Shown piece after piece: positions 9,075 to 16,531 of a stretch of 32,000 nt of DNA (within the stretch, counting starts at the first letter, position 1; the number at the start of each line of letters is the position of its first letter). Both the position numbers and the translations under genes were made by a program. Below the pieces are notes generated by a model. The model ran no database searches. It had not been told where the DNA came from and saw nothing but the letters and a program-made list of their open reading frames with translations. Source of the DNA: Kiritimatiella glycovorans (GTDB lineage Bacteria; Verrucomicrobiota; Kiritimatiellia; Kiritimatiellales; Kiritimatiellaceae); the NCBI RefSeq assembly GCF_001017655.1, contig NZ_CP010904.1, positions 2,550,001-2,582,000 of the forward strand, given 5' to 3'.

Positions 9075-10274
9075 TTACCCCTTTTCGAGTTTGTCTTTAC
9101 GCTCGAAGAAGCGCCGGGCGATCTTCTGCACGCGCCGGGTTTCGGTGAACTGCTGGGGTTTGATCGAATCGCCGAGTTCACGCAGAAGCCGTTCCTGGTC
9201 CTTCCCGGTCTTTTCCGGGATCTCGATGTAGACGCGGACGTGCTGATCGCCGTAGGTGTGCCCGCGCAGGTCCTGGATCCCGCGGTTTTTGAGCCGGAAG
9301 ACCTTGCCGCTCTGCGTACCGGCCGGGATCTTGAGCTTGCCCATGCCGTGAATCGTGGGGACGTCGATCTGCCCTCCGAGGGCCGCCACATGGAACGGTA
9401 CCGGCACGTCGCAATAGATATCCTGTCCGTGCCGGCGGAAGAATTCGTGCTCGCGCACATGGAGAATGATGTACAGGTCGCCCGACCCGCCGCCGTGGGT
9501 CCCGCCCTCGCCCCTTCCGGTCAGCCGCAGCCGCGACCCGGTCTCCACGCCGGCCGGAATATGGAGGTCGACCTGCTTATTCGTCTTCACGCGCCCGGCC
9601 CCGCCGCACTCGCGGCAGGGATTCGAGATCACCTGTCCCGTTCCTCCGCAGGAAGGGCAGGTCTGGCGGAACTGGATCAGTCCGCCGCCCGAGGTCACGA
9701 AACCGCTGCCGCCGCAGGAGGGACACGGCTTGCGCGAGCTGCCCGGCTCGGCGCCCCCGCCCCGGCAGTGCTCGCAGGTATCCATGAGGCTCAGGTTCAG
9801 ATCGCGCCGCGAACCCAGCACGGCTTCCTCAAAATCGATTTCCAGGTCGTACCGGAGGTCGGCGCCCCGCGCGGCCTCCTGTCGACGCCGCCGTCGGCCT
9901 CCGCCGCCGAAGAACTCCTCGAAGATGCCGCCGCCTCCCCCGCCGCCGGTCGCGCCCATGAAGGTGCGCAGGGCCTCTTCGAGATCGATCCCCCCGAAGT
10001 CGAATCCTCCGAAGCCGCCGGCGCCGCCGGGACCGCCGCCCTGCTGGAAGGCGCGGTGACCGAACTGATCGTAGCGGCGTTTCTTCTCCGGATCGCTCAA
10101 CACCTCGTAGGCCTCGGAGACCTCTTTGAATTTCTCTTCCGCCTCATGGTCGCCCGGGTTCTTGTCCGGGTGATACTTTACCGCGAGCTTGCGGTACGCC
10201 TTCTTGATGTCGTCGGCGGAGGCGTTGCGGTCGATGCCGAGGATCTCGTAATAATCTCTTTTGGTCTCAGCCAT
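9075..10274 (-). CDS. dnaJ: Molecular chaperone DnaJ
   Basis: J domain [33 protein letters not shown], a G/F-rich linker and four CxxCxGxG zinc-finger repeats ([32 protein letters not shown]). Confidence 0.95.
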   Translation of the reverse strand: MAETKRDYYEILGIDRNASADDIKKAYRKLAVKYHPDKNPGDHEAEEKFKEVSEAYEVLSDPEKKRRYDQFGHRAFQQGGGPGGAGGFGGFDFGGIDLEEALRTFMGATGGGGGGGIFEEFFGGGGRRRRRQEAARGADLRYDLEIDFEEAVLGSRRDLNLSLMDTCEHCRGGGAEPGSSRKPCPSCGGSGFVTSGGGLIQFRQTCPSCGGTGQVISNPCRECGGAGRVKTNKQVDLHIPAGVETGSRLRLTGRGEGGTHGGGSGDLYIILHVREHEFFRRHGQDIYCDVPVPFHVAALGGQIDVPTIHGMGKLKIPAGTQSGKVFRLKNRGIQDLRGHTYGDQHVRVYIEIPEKTGKDQERLLRELGDSIKPQQFTETRRVQKIARRFFERKDKLEKG

Positions 10275-10294
10275 GTCGTATCGCGATCGTTCTT

Positions 10295-10906
10295 TTACGG
10301 TTCCTCTTCGGGCTTCTCTTCAGGGGGGCCGCTGGAGACGACCACCTGGGCCGGCCGGATGACGCGGTCGGCGAGCCGGTAGCCGCGCCGCACCTGGTGC
10401 GTGACCTGACCCTCTTCGTGATCCGGCGAGGGCAGGTGGCTCATGGCCTCGTGCACGCCGGGGTCGAACTTTTCTCCTTCGGCGTCGACCGGCTCCACGC
10501 CGAACTTGCGGAGCGTCTGCTGAAACTGATCGTAGACGAGCTGGAACCCTTCGACGACCGCTTCGTCGGACTGGTGATCGCGTGCGGTCTTGAGCCCGAT
10601 CTCAAAATGATCGAGCACGGGGAGCAGCTCCCCGAGCAGGTCCTCGTTCGCCCGGCGAACCATCTCGCCCCGCTCGCGGTTGGTGCGTTTGCGGAAATTC
10701 TCGAAGTCGGCCTGCAGCCGCAGATAGCGGTCGCGCATCTCTTCGGCTTCCTTCTGCTGCGCCCCGGCCGCATCCCCCTGTTCCGCGGCGTCCGCGGCGG
10801 GTTCCCCGGCAGCGGATGCCTGCCCGGCATCCGCGCGCGCCTCTTCCTGCACGGCCTCTTCCGCGTCTTTCTTCTTTTTCGATGAGGTCTTCTTTTTAGC
10901 GGTCAT
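10295..10906 (-). CDS. grpE: Nucleotide exchange factor GrpE
   Basis: 203 aa with [18 protein letters not shown] and a C-terminal beta domain. Lies directly upstream of dnaJ. Confidence 0.95.
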   Translation of the reverse strand: MTAKKKTSSKKKKDAEEAVQEEARADAGQASAAGEPAADAAEQGDAAGAQQKEAEEMRDRYLRLQADFENFRKRTNRERGEMVRRANEDLLGELLPVLDHFEIGLKTARDHQSDEAVVEGFQLVYDQFQQTLRKFGVEPVDAEGEKFDPGVHEAMSHLPSPDHEEGQVTHQVRRGYRLADRVIRPAQVVVSSGPPEEKPEEEP

Positions 10907-10965
10907 AGACTCACTCCGGGCGTTTAAATCCGCGCCGGTTCCCCGGCGGTATCGGCGGACCCGCC

Positions 10966-10995
10966 ATTAGACCGGTTAAGGGAGGGGGGATTCAA
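10966..10995 (-). promoter_or_regulatory. Candidate promoter of grpE-dnaJ (TTGAAT-N18-TCTAAT), copy 2 of the shared 31-mer
   Basis: The minus strand reads TTGAATCCCCCCTCCCTTAACCGGTCTAATG, preceded by an A/T-rich stretch. It lies about 60 nt upstream of the grpE ATG. Confidence 0.45.
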
Positions 10996-11060
10996 TTATT
11001 TTCTGGTTCTTCTGGATTTTTGTCACGAATAACCAAAATCCATTGGTACGGAGAACGCCT

Positions 11061-11100
11061 TTCTTACTCAGGGTTCAGCGCTCACGCTCAGCCTCAGTCC
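11061..11100. repeat. Solo, diverged member of the CTTACTCAGG(T/G)TTCAG repeat family
   Basis: TTCTTACTCAGGGTTCAGCGCTCACGCTCAGCCTCAG abuts and overlaps the PP2C gene stop codon (11094-11096). Confidence 0.55.
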
Positions 11101-12545
11101 ACCCTGAACGCGAGCAGCGTCATGTCGTCGTTCTGGGGGCGATCCCCGACGAACCGGAGTAACCGTTGACGGATATTCTCGAGCAGGGCGTCGGGGCCGT
11201 TCGGACCGGCGGTCTGGACGGCCTCTTCGAGCCGTTCCACACCCCACTCGTTATCCTCGGAATCCATTGCCTCGGTGATGCCGTCGGTGTACGCCGTCAG
11301 CAGATCGCCGGGCTGGAGCTGCTCGCGCACATCGCGGATCGCCGTCTCGAAGATATCGGCGTTGGTCAATCCGATGGCGATGCCGGGTCCGTCGATCCAG
11401 CGGCTCTCGCCGTTGCGGAGCAGGAGCGGCCGCTCGTGGCCCGCGCGTGCGACCACGAGTTCGCGCGTATCGAGGTCCAGCACCATGTAGAGCATGCTCA
11501 CGAACATGTCTTCGGCGAGATCGGCGGTGACCAGGCGATTCAGCTCCGCCAGCGTCTCCGCGGGAGAGAGGTAGAGCGAAGCCTTCGCACGCAGCACGCT
11601 GCGGCAGATGGACATGATCATCGCGCCGCCGATTCCTTTGCCGGAGACATCGGCGATCACGATGCCCAGGTGCCGGTCGTCGATGCGGATGAAGTCGTAG
11701 TAATCGCCCCCGATGACCTGGGCCGGGTGGTTGAAGGCCGCGAGCTTCACGCCGGGTATATCGGGGAGGCGCTGCGGAAGCAGCATGCGCTGGATTTCGT
11801 GGGCGACGTCGAGGTCGCGATCGAGCTGCCGCTTCTGTTCGAGCTGCTCGTTCAGTCCCATGTAGTGCAGGGGGATGGCGATCTGATCCGCGAGCGACTG
11901 CAGCAGATCGAGATCGGCGCGGGTGAAGGCGGCTCCGTCGACGCGATTCGCGAGCACCACCACCCCCACCGTCTTGCGCCCGAAACGCATCGGAACGGCC
12001 ATGAGGGTATGGATACGGAGAAAATCGATCCGGTGCCGGGGCACCCGTTCGTCCAGCTCGGCGTCTTCGAGCAGGATGCTGTGACCCCGGACGGCGACAT
12101 CTCCGACGAGGCCCTCGCCCAGGGCGAACGCATAGGACTGGACGCTCTCCTCGATGCGCCGCGACTTGAGGATCGCCTGCCCCCCCTCCATGCCGTGTTC
12201 ATCGTGGAGCGGGGGAAAAACCCCGGCCTGTGCCCGGGCCTTCAGCAGGTCGCGATCCTCGTCCAGGAGGTAGACGGCCCCGGACCGGGCCTTGCAGGTG
12301 CGCGTGGCGTAGTAGAGCGCCTTATCCATCATCTCCTGGATGTCGTAGCGCTCCGCATCCGAAAACATGTCGCCCATGTCGTGCAGAAATTCGTAGACGG
12401 TGTTCTTGCTCTGCAGCAGTTCGTCGCGCTGGCCGCGCAGGCGGGCGATATGCCGGTAGAGGCGATAGGCGAGAAAGAGCAGAGCGGCGAGCAGAAGCGG
12501 GGAGAACACGCGATAAAACCAGATGGACACAAGTTCCGCGTTCAT
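11094..12545 (-). CDS. Membrane-anchored GAF-domain PP2C (SpoIIE/RsbU-type) serine phosphatase
   Basis: 483 aa: an N-terminal TM segment, a central GAF-like region and a C-terminal PP2C region (GGDYYDF, DVSGKGIGGAMIMS, YTDGITEA). Confidence 0.85.
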   Translation of the reverse strand: MNAELVSIWFYRVFSPLLLAALLFLAYRLYRHIARLRGQRDELLQSKNTVYEFLHDMGDMFSDAERYDIQEMMDKALYYATRTCKARSGAVYLLDEDRDLLKARAQAGVFPPLHDEHGMEGGQAILKSRRIEESVQSYAFALGEGLVGDVAVRGHSILLEDAELDERVPRHRIDFLRIHTLMAVPMRFGRKTVGVVVLANRVDGAAFTRADLDLLQSLADQIAIPLHYMGLNEQLEQKRQLDRDLDVAHEIQRMLLPQRLPDIPGVKLAAFNHPAQVIGGDYYDFIRIDDRHLGIVIADVSGKGIGGAMIMSICRSVLRAKASLYLSPAETLAELNRLVTADLAEDMFVSMLYMVLDLDTRELVVARAGHERPLLLRNGESRWIDGPGIAIGLTNADIFETAIRDVREQLQPGDLLTAYTDGITEAMDSEDNEWGVERLEEAVQTAGPNGPDALLENIRQRLLRFVGDRPQNDDMTLLAFRVD

Positions 12546-12587
12546 TCGCTTTTCCTGTTCGCGTGCCGGCGCCGTACCCTGCGGGGT

Positions 12588-13130
12588 CTATCCGGAATGA
12601 TTCATCCGGTCGAGGTCTTCACTGAGGAATTTTATGACGTTACGGAAGCGGTCGCGGTTCTGCTCGTTCAGCTCGGCCAGCGTGCGGTGCGCGCGCAGCA
12701 TGATCCGGGCCTGTTCCTCGCGGCCTTCGTTGTTGCCGTTGAGATAAATGGGACGTCCCGAATCTATGGAACAGCTCTGCGAAGGAACCTGTTCGGGTTC
12801 GACCAGCTCCAGGACGCGATCGATGCCGAGGGTATGGAGCAGTTCGCGATTCTTCCGGGACAGATTGAAGAGGATGAGGTGGCCCCGGTTCGCCCGGAGC
12901 CGCTGTGAAAGCCCCGCGAGCACACCCATGAACGTGCTGTCCATGCTCACGCAGTGCGAAAAATCGATCAGCACCTGGCGCACGCCTTCTTCACGTACTT
13001 CCTTGTCCACGAAACGCTTGAGGCTTCCGCTCACCTTGAACGTCCCGCGGCCGCGCACCTCGACACACGCCTGGTCGCCCTCCACGCACGCCAGTATCTC
13101 GTCATTTTTTTTCGCGGTTTCGGAATTCAT
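12588..13130 (-). CDS. STAS-domain anti-sigma-factor antagonist-like protein with a C-terminal extension
   Basis: STAS core with the conserved phosphorylatable DS motif (VSMDSTFMGVLAGL), followed by about 75 extra residues. I prefer the internal ATG at 13130 (MNSETAKKND...) over the ORF-track start at 13199, whose extra 23 residues look non-coding. Confidence 0.75.
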   Translation of the reverse strand: MNSETAKKNDEILACVEGDQACVEVRGRGTFKVSGSLKRFVDKEVREEGVRQVLIDFSHCVSMDSTFMGVLAGLSQRLRANRGHLILFNLSRKNRELLHTLGIDRVLELVEPEQVPSQSCSIDSGRPIYLNGNNEGREEQARIMLRAHRTLAELNEQNRDRFRNVIKFLSEDLDRMNHSG

Positions 13131-13284
13131 AAAACGAGCCGTCCGGGCAGGCCTTATCGCCGGGACGCATACTAACAGCATGGCGCGGCGCATCGGCAAC
13201 TAAAAATGTTCGCCGCCCCGTTTTCCCCGGCCGGATCCCCTTCCGCTCACGGGGTCCGGAAGCCGGTCGGGCCGGTACGCGGAC

Positions 13285-13968
13285 TCATGAATTTTCCGGC
13301 CCCAGGATGAGTACGCACTCACCCTTGAGCTTGCGGTCTGCGAGTGCGTCGCGCAGTTCCGCGGCTTCGGCGAGCCGGGTCTCTTCGTAGAGCTTGGTCA
13401 GTTCGCGGGCGAAAAAGACCGTGCGGTGATCGCCGCACACCGCGGCCACGTCCTTGAGAAGCGAGAAGATCCGGTACGGCGATTCGTAGAACACCACCGG
13501 AAGTTCCGTATCCTTCCAGCGTTCCAGCTCGCGCCGGCGCTTCGCGGGCTTGCGCGGCGGGAATCCCGCGAACACGTGTCCGCGGTCGCCGAACCCGCTC
13601 AGGGCCAGGGCCGTGCTCACGGCGGTGGGCCCGGGGATGCAGGTCACGAAGAGGCCCGCCTCCCTGCAGGCGCGGACCACGCGCGCGCCCGGGTCGGAGA
13701 CCGAAGGCATCCCGGAGTCGCTGACCAGCGCCACGGCCTCGCCGTCGTCCCGAATGCGACCCAGCACCGCCTCGACCCTGGAGGCCTCGTTGAACCGGTG
13801 GCAGCTCACGGCGGGGGTCTTCAGCTCAAAGCGTGACAGCAGTTTCCGCACCCGCCGCGTGTCCTCGGCAAAGACCACGTCCGCCGCCCCCAGCACCTCG
13901 CACCCGCGGGGCGAGAAATCGTCCAGATTCCCGATCGGCGTCCCTATAATGTACAGTCCTCTATCCAT
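13285..13968 (-). CDS. rsmI: 16S rRNA (cytidine1402-2'-O)-methyltransferase
   Basis: LYIIGTPIGNLDDFSPRG and SDSGMPSVSDPG signatures. I prefer the ATG at 13968, because the ORF-track extension to 14073 is read through a dispersed repeat. Confidence 0.88.
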   Translation of the reverse strand: MDRGLYIIGTPIGNLDDFSPRGCEVLGAADVVFAEDTRRVRKLLSRFELKTPAVSCHRFNEASRVEAVLGRIRDDGEAVALVSDSGMPSVSDPGARVVRACREAGLFVTCIPGPTAVSTALALSGFGDRGHVFAGFPPRKPAKRRRELERWKDTELPVVFYESPYRIFSLLKDVAAVCGDHRTVFFARELTKLYEETRLAEAAELRDALADRKLKGECVLILGPENS

Positions 13969-14056
13969 TTCCACGGCCTCAGGAGAACATAAAAAAGGGG
14001 CGAGTAAAAGCGCGGCCACGAAAAGGCACAAAAAATGTAGACGGGGGACAAAACCG

Positions 14057-14198
14057 GCCACGAAAGGGCACATAAAGCACAGAAGAGCTATAGGACAGGG
14101 CTACTCAGGAGAGCAGAAGAGGAACAGGGCCGGTCACCTCTGATCCCGTCTCCCGGCATTTCTCCATTTCTTCTGAGTCTTTTGTGCCCTTTCGTGGC
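14057..14198. repeat. Imperfect palindromic cassette d (arms built from the dispersed 20-mer)
   Basis: GCCACGAAAGGGCACA at 14057-14072 versus TGTGCCCTTTCGTGGC at 14183-14198 match 16/16. The arms extend imperfectly to about 30 bp (CAGAAGAG / TCTTCTGAG). Confidence 0.8.
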
Positions 14199-14230
14199 TC
14201 TCTATCTCCTCTGAGCCTTTTGTGCAGCAG

Positions 14231-14362
14231 TTCTCATTATGGCCGCATTCCGACCGCGGACGGCGTGGCAGCCGTCCCTCCCGAGTCGATATCCGACGCC
14301 TTTTTGGGCATTGGGAGGGTCGGGTGCCACCCCGACCGAAAAGGGTGAAGCCATAATGAGAA
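14231..14362. repeat. Imperfect palindromic cassette a with two internal hairpins
   Basis: Arms TTCTCATTATGGC (14231-14243) and GCCATAATGAGAA (14350-14362) match 13/13. Internal hairpins are GGACGGC-GTGGCA-GCCGTCC (14258-14277) and GGTCGGG-TGCCAC-CCCGACC (14318-14337). CCCTCCC (14276-14282) can also pair with GGGAGGG (14313-14319). Confidence 0.85.
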
Positions 14363-14428
14363 TCGCTGCCTTTTGTGAGTTCTTCGTAATTTTTATGGTG
14401 AGCGGCGGCAAGTCCGCTCGCGTCAAAA

Positions 14429-14547
14429 CGTACGCGTACTCGTACTCAGCGAAGCGGTACTCGTACTCGAATTCCTTGAATCGGGGGAGGGGGATCGCGC
14501 CTTCGGCGCTCCGAGTACGAGTACGAGTACGAGTAAGAGTACGAATT
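14429..14547. repeat. Palindromic cassette b built from GTACTC / GAGTAC hexamer runs
   Basis: GTACTCGTACTC occurs at 14437-14448 and 14457-14468. It faces GAGTACGAGTACGAGTACGAGTAAGAGTAC at 14513-14542. A small central hairpin GCGCC-TTCG-GCGC lies at 14497-14509. Confidence 0.8.
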
Positions 14548-14744
14548 ATGTTCACCCCCCCTCAACCAACCTTCATGCTCTTCATGTGAAGGTAGGGACG
14601 GACCTCCGAGCCATCCGCAAAACCGGCGCGCTTAGCCTGTCCGCCGAAGGCATAAAGGGCCGAAGGCGGAGAGATCGCGCCCCACCCGGAAATCGCAAAG
14701 ATGAATGAGAAGAGCACAGGCAAAGAAATGGTGCGTTCTCTCTT

Positions 14745-14844
14745 ACGTTCGTAGTAGGCCCGCAGGTCCGCGCAGCGGACAAGGGCCGTTACGCTCACGC
14801 GCCCGGCCTGCCGAGGGGCAGGCGTGCGGCGCTACTACGAACGT
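14745..14844. repeat. Imperfect palindromic cassette c with two internal hairpins
   Basis: Arms ACGTTCGTAGTAG (14745-14757) and CTACTACGAACGT (14832-14844) match 13/13. Internal hairpins are GTCCGC-GCA-GCGGAC (14766-14780) and CCTGCC-GAGG-GGCAGG (14807-14822). The right arm contains the maf stop codon. Confidence 0.8.
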
Positions 14845-15506
14845 TTGTCGTCTTCCATCCCGCCTCTTCCCCGAACGGCTCCACCACAAAAATCTGCGAA
14901 GAACCCTTTTGTGCCTTTTCGTGGCCCGTCCCTTTTCTGCGCCTCTTCGAGGCCTTCGACGACCTCGCAGAGCGGGAGGCCCACGACGTTGGTATACGAT
15001 CCGCGAATCGCGCGGACCATCGGCGCCGCGCCGCCCTGAATGCCGTACGCCCCCGCCTTGTCCATCGGCTCGCCGGTGCGGACATAGCGCTCGATCTCTG
15101 CCGCCGTCAGGGTTTTGAATTCGACCTCCGTAGACACGGAGAATGTTTGTTCGCGTGCTCCGGCGAGGATACACACGCCCGTGATCACGCGATGGGTGCG
15201 GCCGGAGAGCCGGCGGAGCATCGCCGCGGCCTCCCGCCCGCCGGAGGGCTTGCCGAGGATATCTCCGCGGTGAGCGACCACGGTATCCGCCGCCAGCACG
15301 ACCGCATTCCCTGGAGCCGCGACCGCGCGCGCCTTCTCTGCGGCGAGCCGGAGGGCGTGCGCTTCGGGCCCCTCTCCGGCGAGCGCCGCCTCGTCGATCG
15401 CCGGAACCGCGACCCTGAAGTTCAGGCCGAGCTGTTTGAGCATACGGCGCCGCCGGGGCGAACCGCTCGCGAGCACGAGTTCGAGTTCCGCAAGATGCTC
15501 AGACAT
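14835..15506 (-). CDS. maf: Maf-family nucleoside triphosphate pyrophosphatase
   Basis: LVLASGSPRRRRML and KAGAYGIQGG signatures. I prefer the ATG at 15506 (MSEHLAELELVL...), which overlaps the ROK gene stop by 8 nt. The C-terminal 25-30 residues are read out of repeat sequence. Confidence 0.88.
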   Translation of the reverse strand: MSEHLAELELVLASGSPRRRRMLKQLGLNFRVAVPAIDEAALAGEGPEAHALRLAAEKARAVAAPGNAVVLAADTVVAHRGDILGKPSGGREAAAMLRRLSGRTHRVITGVCILAGAREQTFSVSTEVEFKTLTAAEIERYVRTGEPMDKAGAYGIQGGAAPMVRAIRGSYTNVVGLPLCEVVEGLEEAQKRDGPRKGTKGFFADFCGGAVRGRGGMEDDKRS

Positions 15507-16461
15507 GCTGCGTCCCGGAGAGGCCCGCCAGGGCCACGGCCAGCGCGCCGCGTTCACCCAGCCGGTCGAGGCGGGTGACCTCGAGCCGACACCCGTCGTA
15601 GACGGGCTTCCAGGTATACGCCTTGAGCCTGGCCCGCAGGTCGTCCATCACCAGATCCTCTTCATGCATGGCGATCGTGCCCAGCACGGCGGCGGCCGGG
15701 TTGAAGGCCATCAGGATCGAACCGACGCCCTGGGCCATCCGTTCCATGTACTCGTCCCACCGCTCGAGCGCGTACGGGTCCCGGCGGCGCACGGCCGCGG
15801 AAAACTCGCGCATGGAGATGCGCGCCGGATCCCCGCCCGCCTCTTCGAGGATCAGCGTATCGATATGGCGGTCGACGATCTCCGCGCGCAGCCGGTCGGC
15901 CGTGGCGCGCCCGCCGCAGTAGGCCTCGAAACACCCTTTCAGCCCGCAGGAACAGGGCAGACCGTCGAGTTCCAGCGTGATGTGACCGATCTCTCCGGCG
16001 TTGTCGTTGACTCCCTGCAGGATACGGCCGGAGGAGATGATGCCTCCGCCGATGCCGGTGCTCATGGTCAGGTAGATGAACGGATCGGCTCCCGCGCACG
16101 CGCCGAACATCCACTCCGCCAGCGCCGCGGCGTTGGCGTCGTTGTTCATGTAGACGGGCGCGTCGAAGCGCTCCCTGAGCAGTGAACCGAGGTGCAGCCC
16201 GGACCAGTCCATGTTGGGGCTTGTGAGCATCCGCTGCCCGTGGCAGTCGAGCGGGCCCGGCGCGGAGACGCCGACCGCCTTCAGCCCGTCCGGCGCGTGG
16301 CGGCGGATCAGGGGGTCAATGAGTTCCGTGAGCCTGCGAAGGGTATCCTCGCCGTCCCCGGGGTCGGTCGGCACCCGCACGGCATCCAGAAGCGTGCCCT
16401 GCTCGTCGCCCACCGCGGCCGCTGTTTTGGTCCCGCCAATATCAATGCCTGCAATTGCCAT
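15499..16461 (-). CDS. ROK-family sugar kinase (glucokinase / N-acetylhexosamine kinase type)
   Basis: 320 aa with IAGIDIGGTKTAAAV and the ROK zinc motif CSCGLKGCFEAYCGG. Confidence 0.88.
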   Translation of the reverse strand: MAIAGIDIGGTKTAAAVGDEQGTLLDAVRVPTDPGDGEDTLRRLTELIDPLIRRHAPDGLKAVGVSAPGPLDCHGQRMLTSPNMDWSGLHLGSLLRERFDAPVYMNNDANAAALAEWMFGACAGADPFIYLTMSTGIGGGIISSGRILQGVNDNAGEIGHITLELDGLPCSCGLKGCFEAYCGGRATADRLRAEIVDRHIDTLILEEAGGDPARISMREFSAAVRRRDPYALERWDEYMERMAQGVGSILMAFNPAAAVLGTIAMHEEDLVMDDLRARLKAYTWKPVYDGCRLEVTRLDRLGERGALAVALAGLSGTQHV

Positions 16462-16531
16462 CCCGTCGCCTCCCGTTTTTCATGCTCGAGATCGTCATCC
16501 GTCGTTCTCCATGGTGTTTTTCTTTCCGGAT

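Noticed and set aside
10907-11093. CIRCE/HrcA operator upstream of grpE
   Set aside because: No TTAGCACTC-N9-GAGTGCTAA-like inverted repeat is present. Only a small GCCGG-TTCC-CCGGC hairpin lies in the leader (10934-10947), which I cannot interpret.
11166-12908. 580-aa plus-strand ORF
   Set aside because: Antisense to the PP2C and STAS genes. It has no recognisable domain and a composition typical of antisense frames.
14476-14494. Possible third copy of the shared promoter element (TTGAAT followed by CGGGGGAGGGGGA)
   Set aside because: The run is G-rich rather than C-rich on the strand carrying TTGAAT, and no TCTAAT lies at the right distance. The resemblance looks coincidental.
14202-14589. 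Overlapping ORFs of 117 aa (minus) and 116 aa (plus) in the maf-rsmI gap
   Set aside because: Their translations are dominated by repeat-derived low complexity (RTRTRTR, EYEYRFAEYEYAY, RVRVRVRV). Both strands are open over the same DNA and there are no ribosome-binding sites. The region is better explained by the palindromic cassettes.
14231-14844. Integron attC sites (imperfect palindromes of similar size)
   Set aside because: There is no RYYYAAC/GTTRRRY core at the arm ends, no cassette ORFs between the palindromes, and no intI gene in the window.
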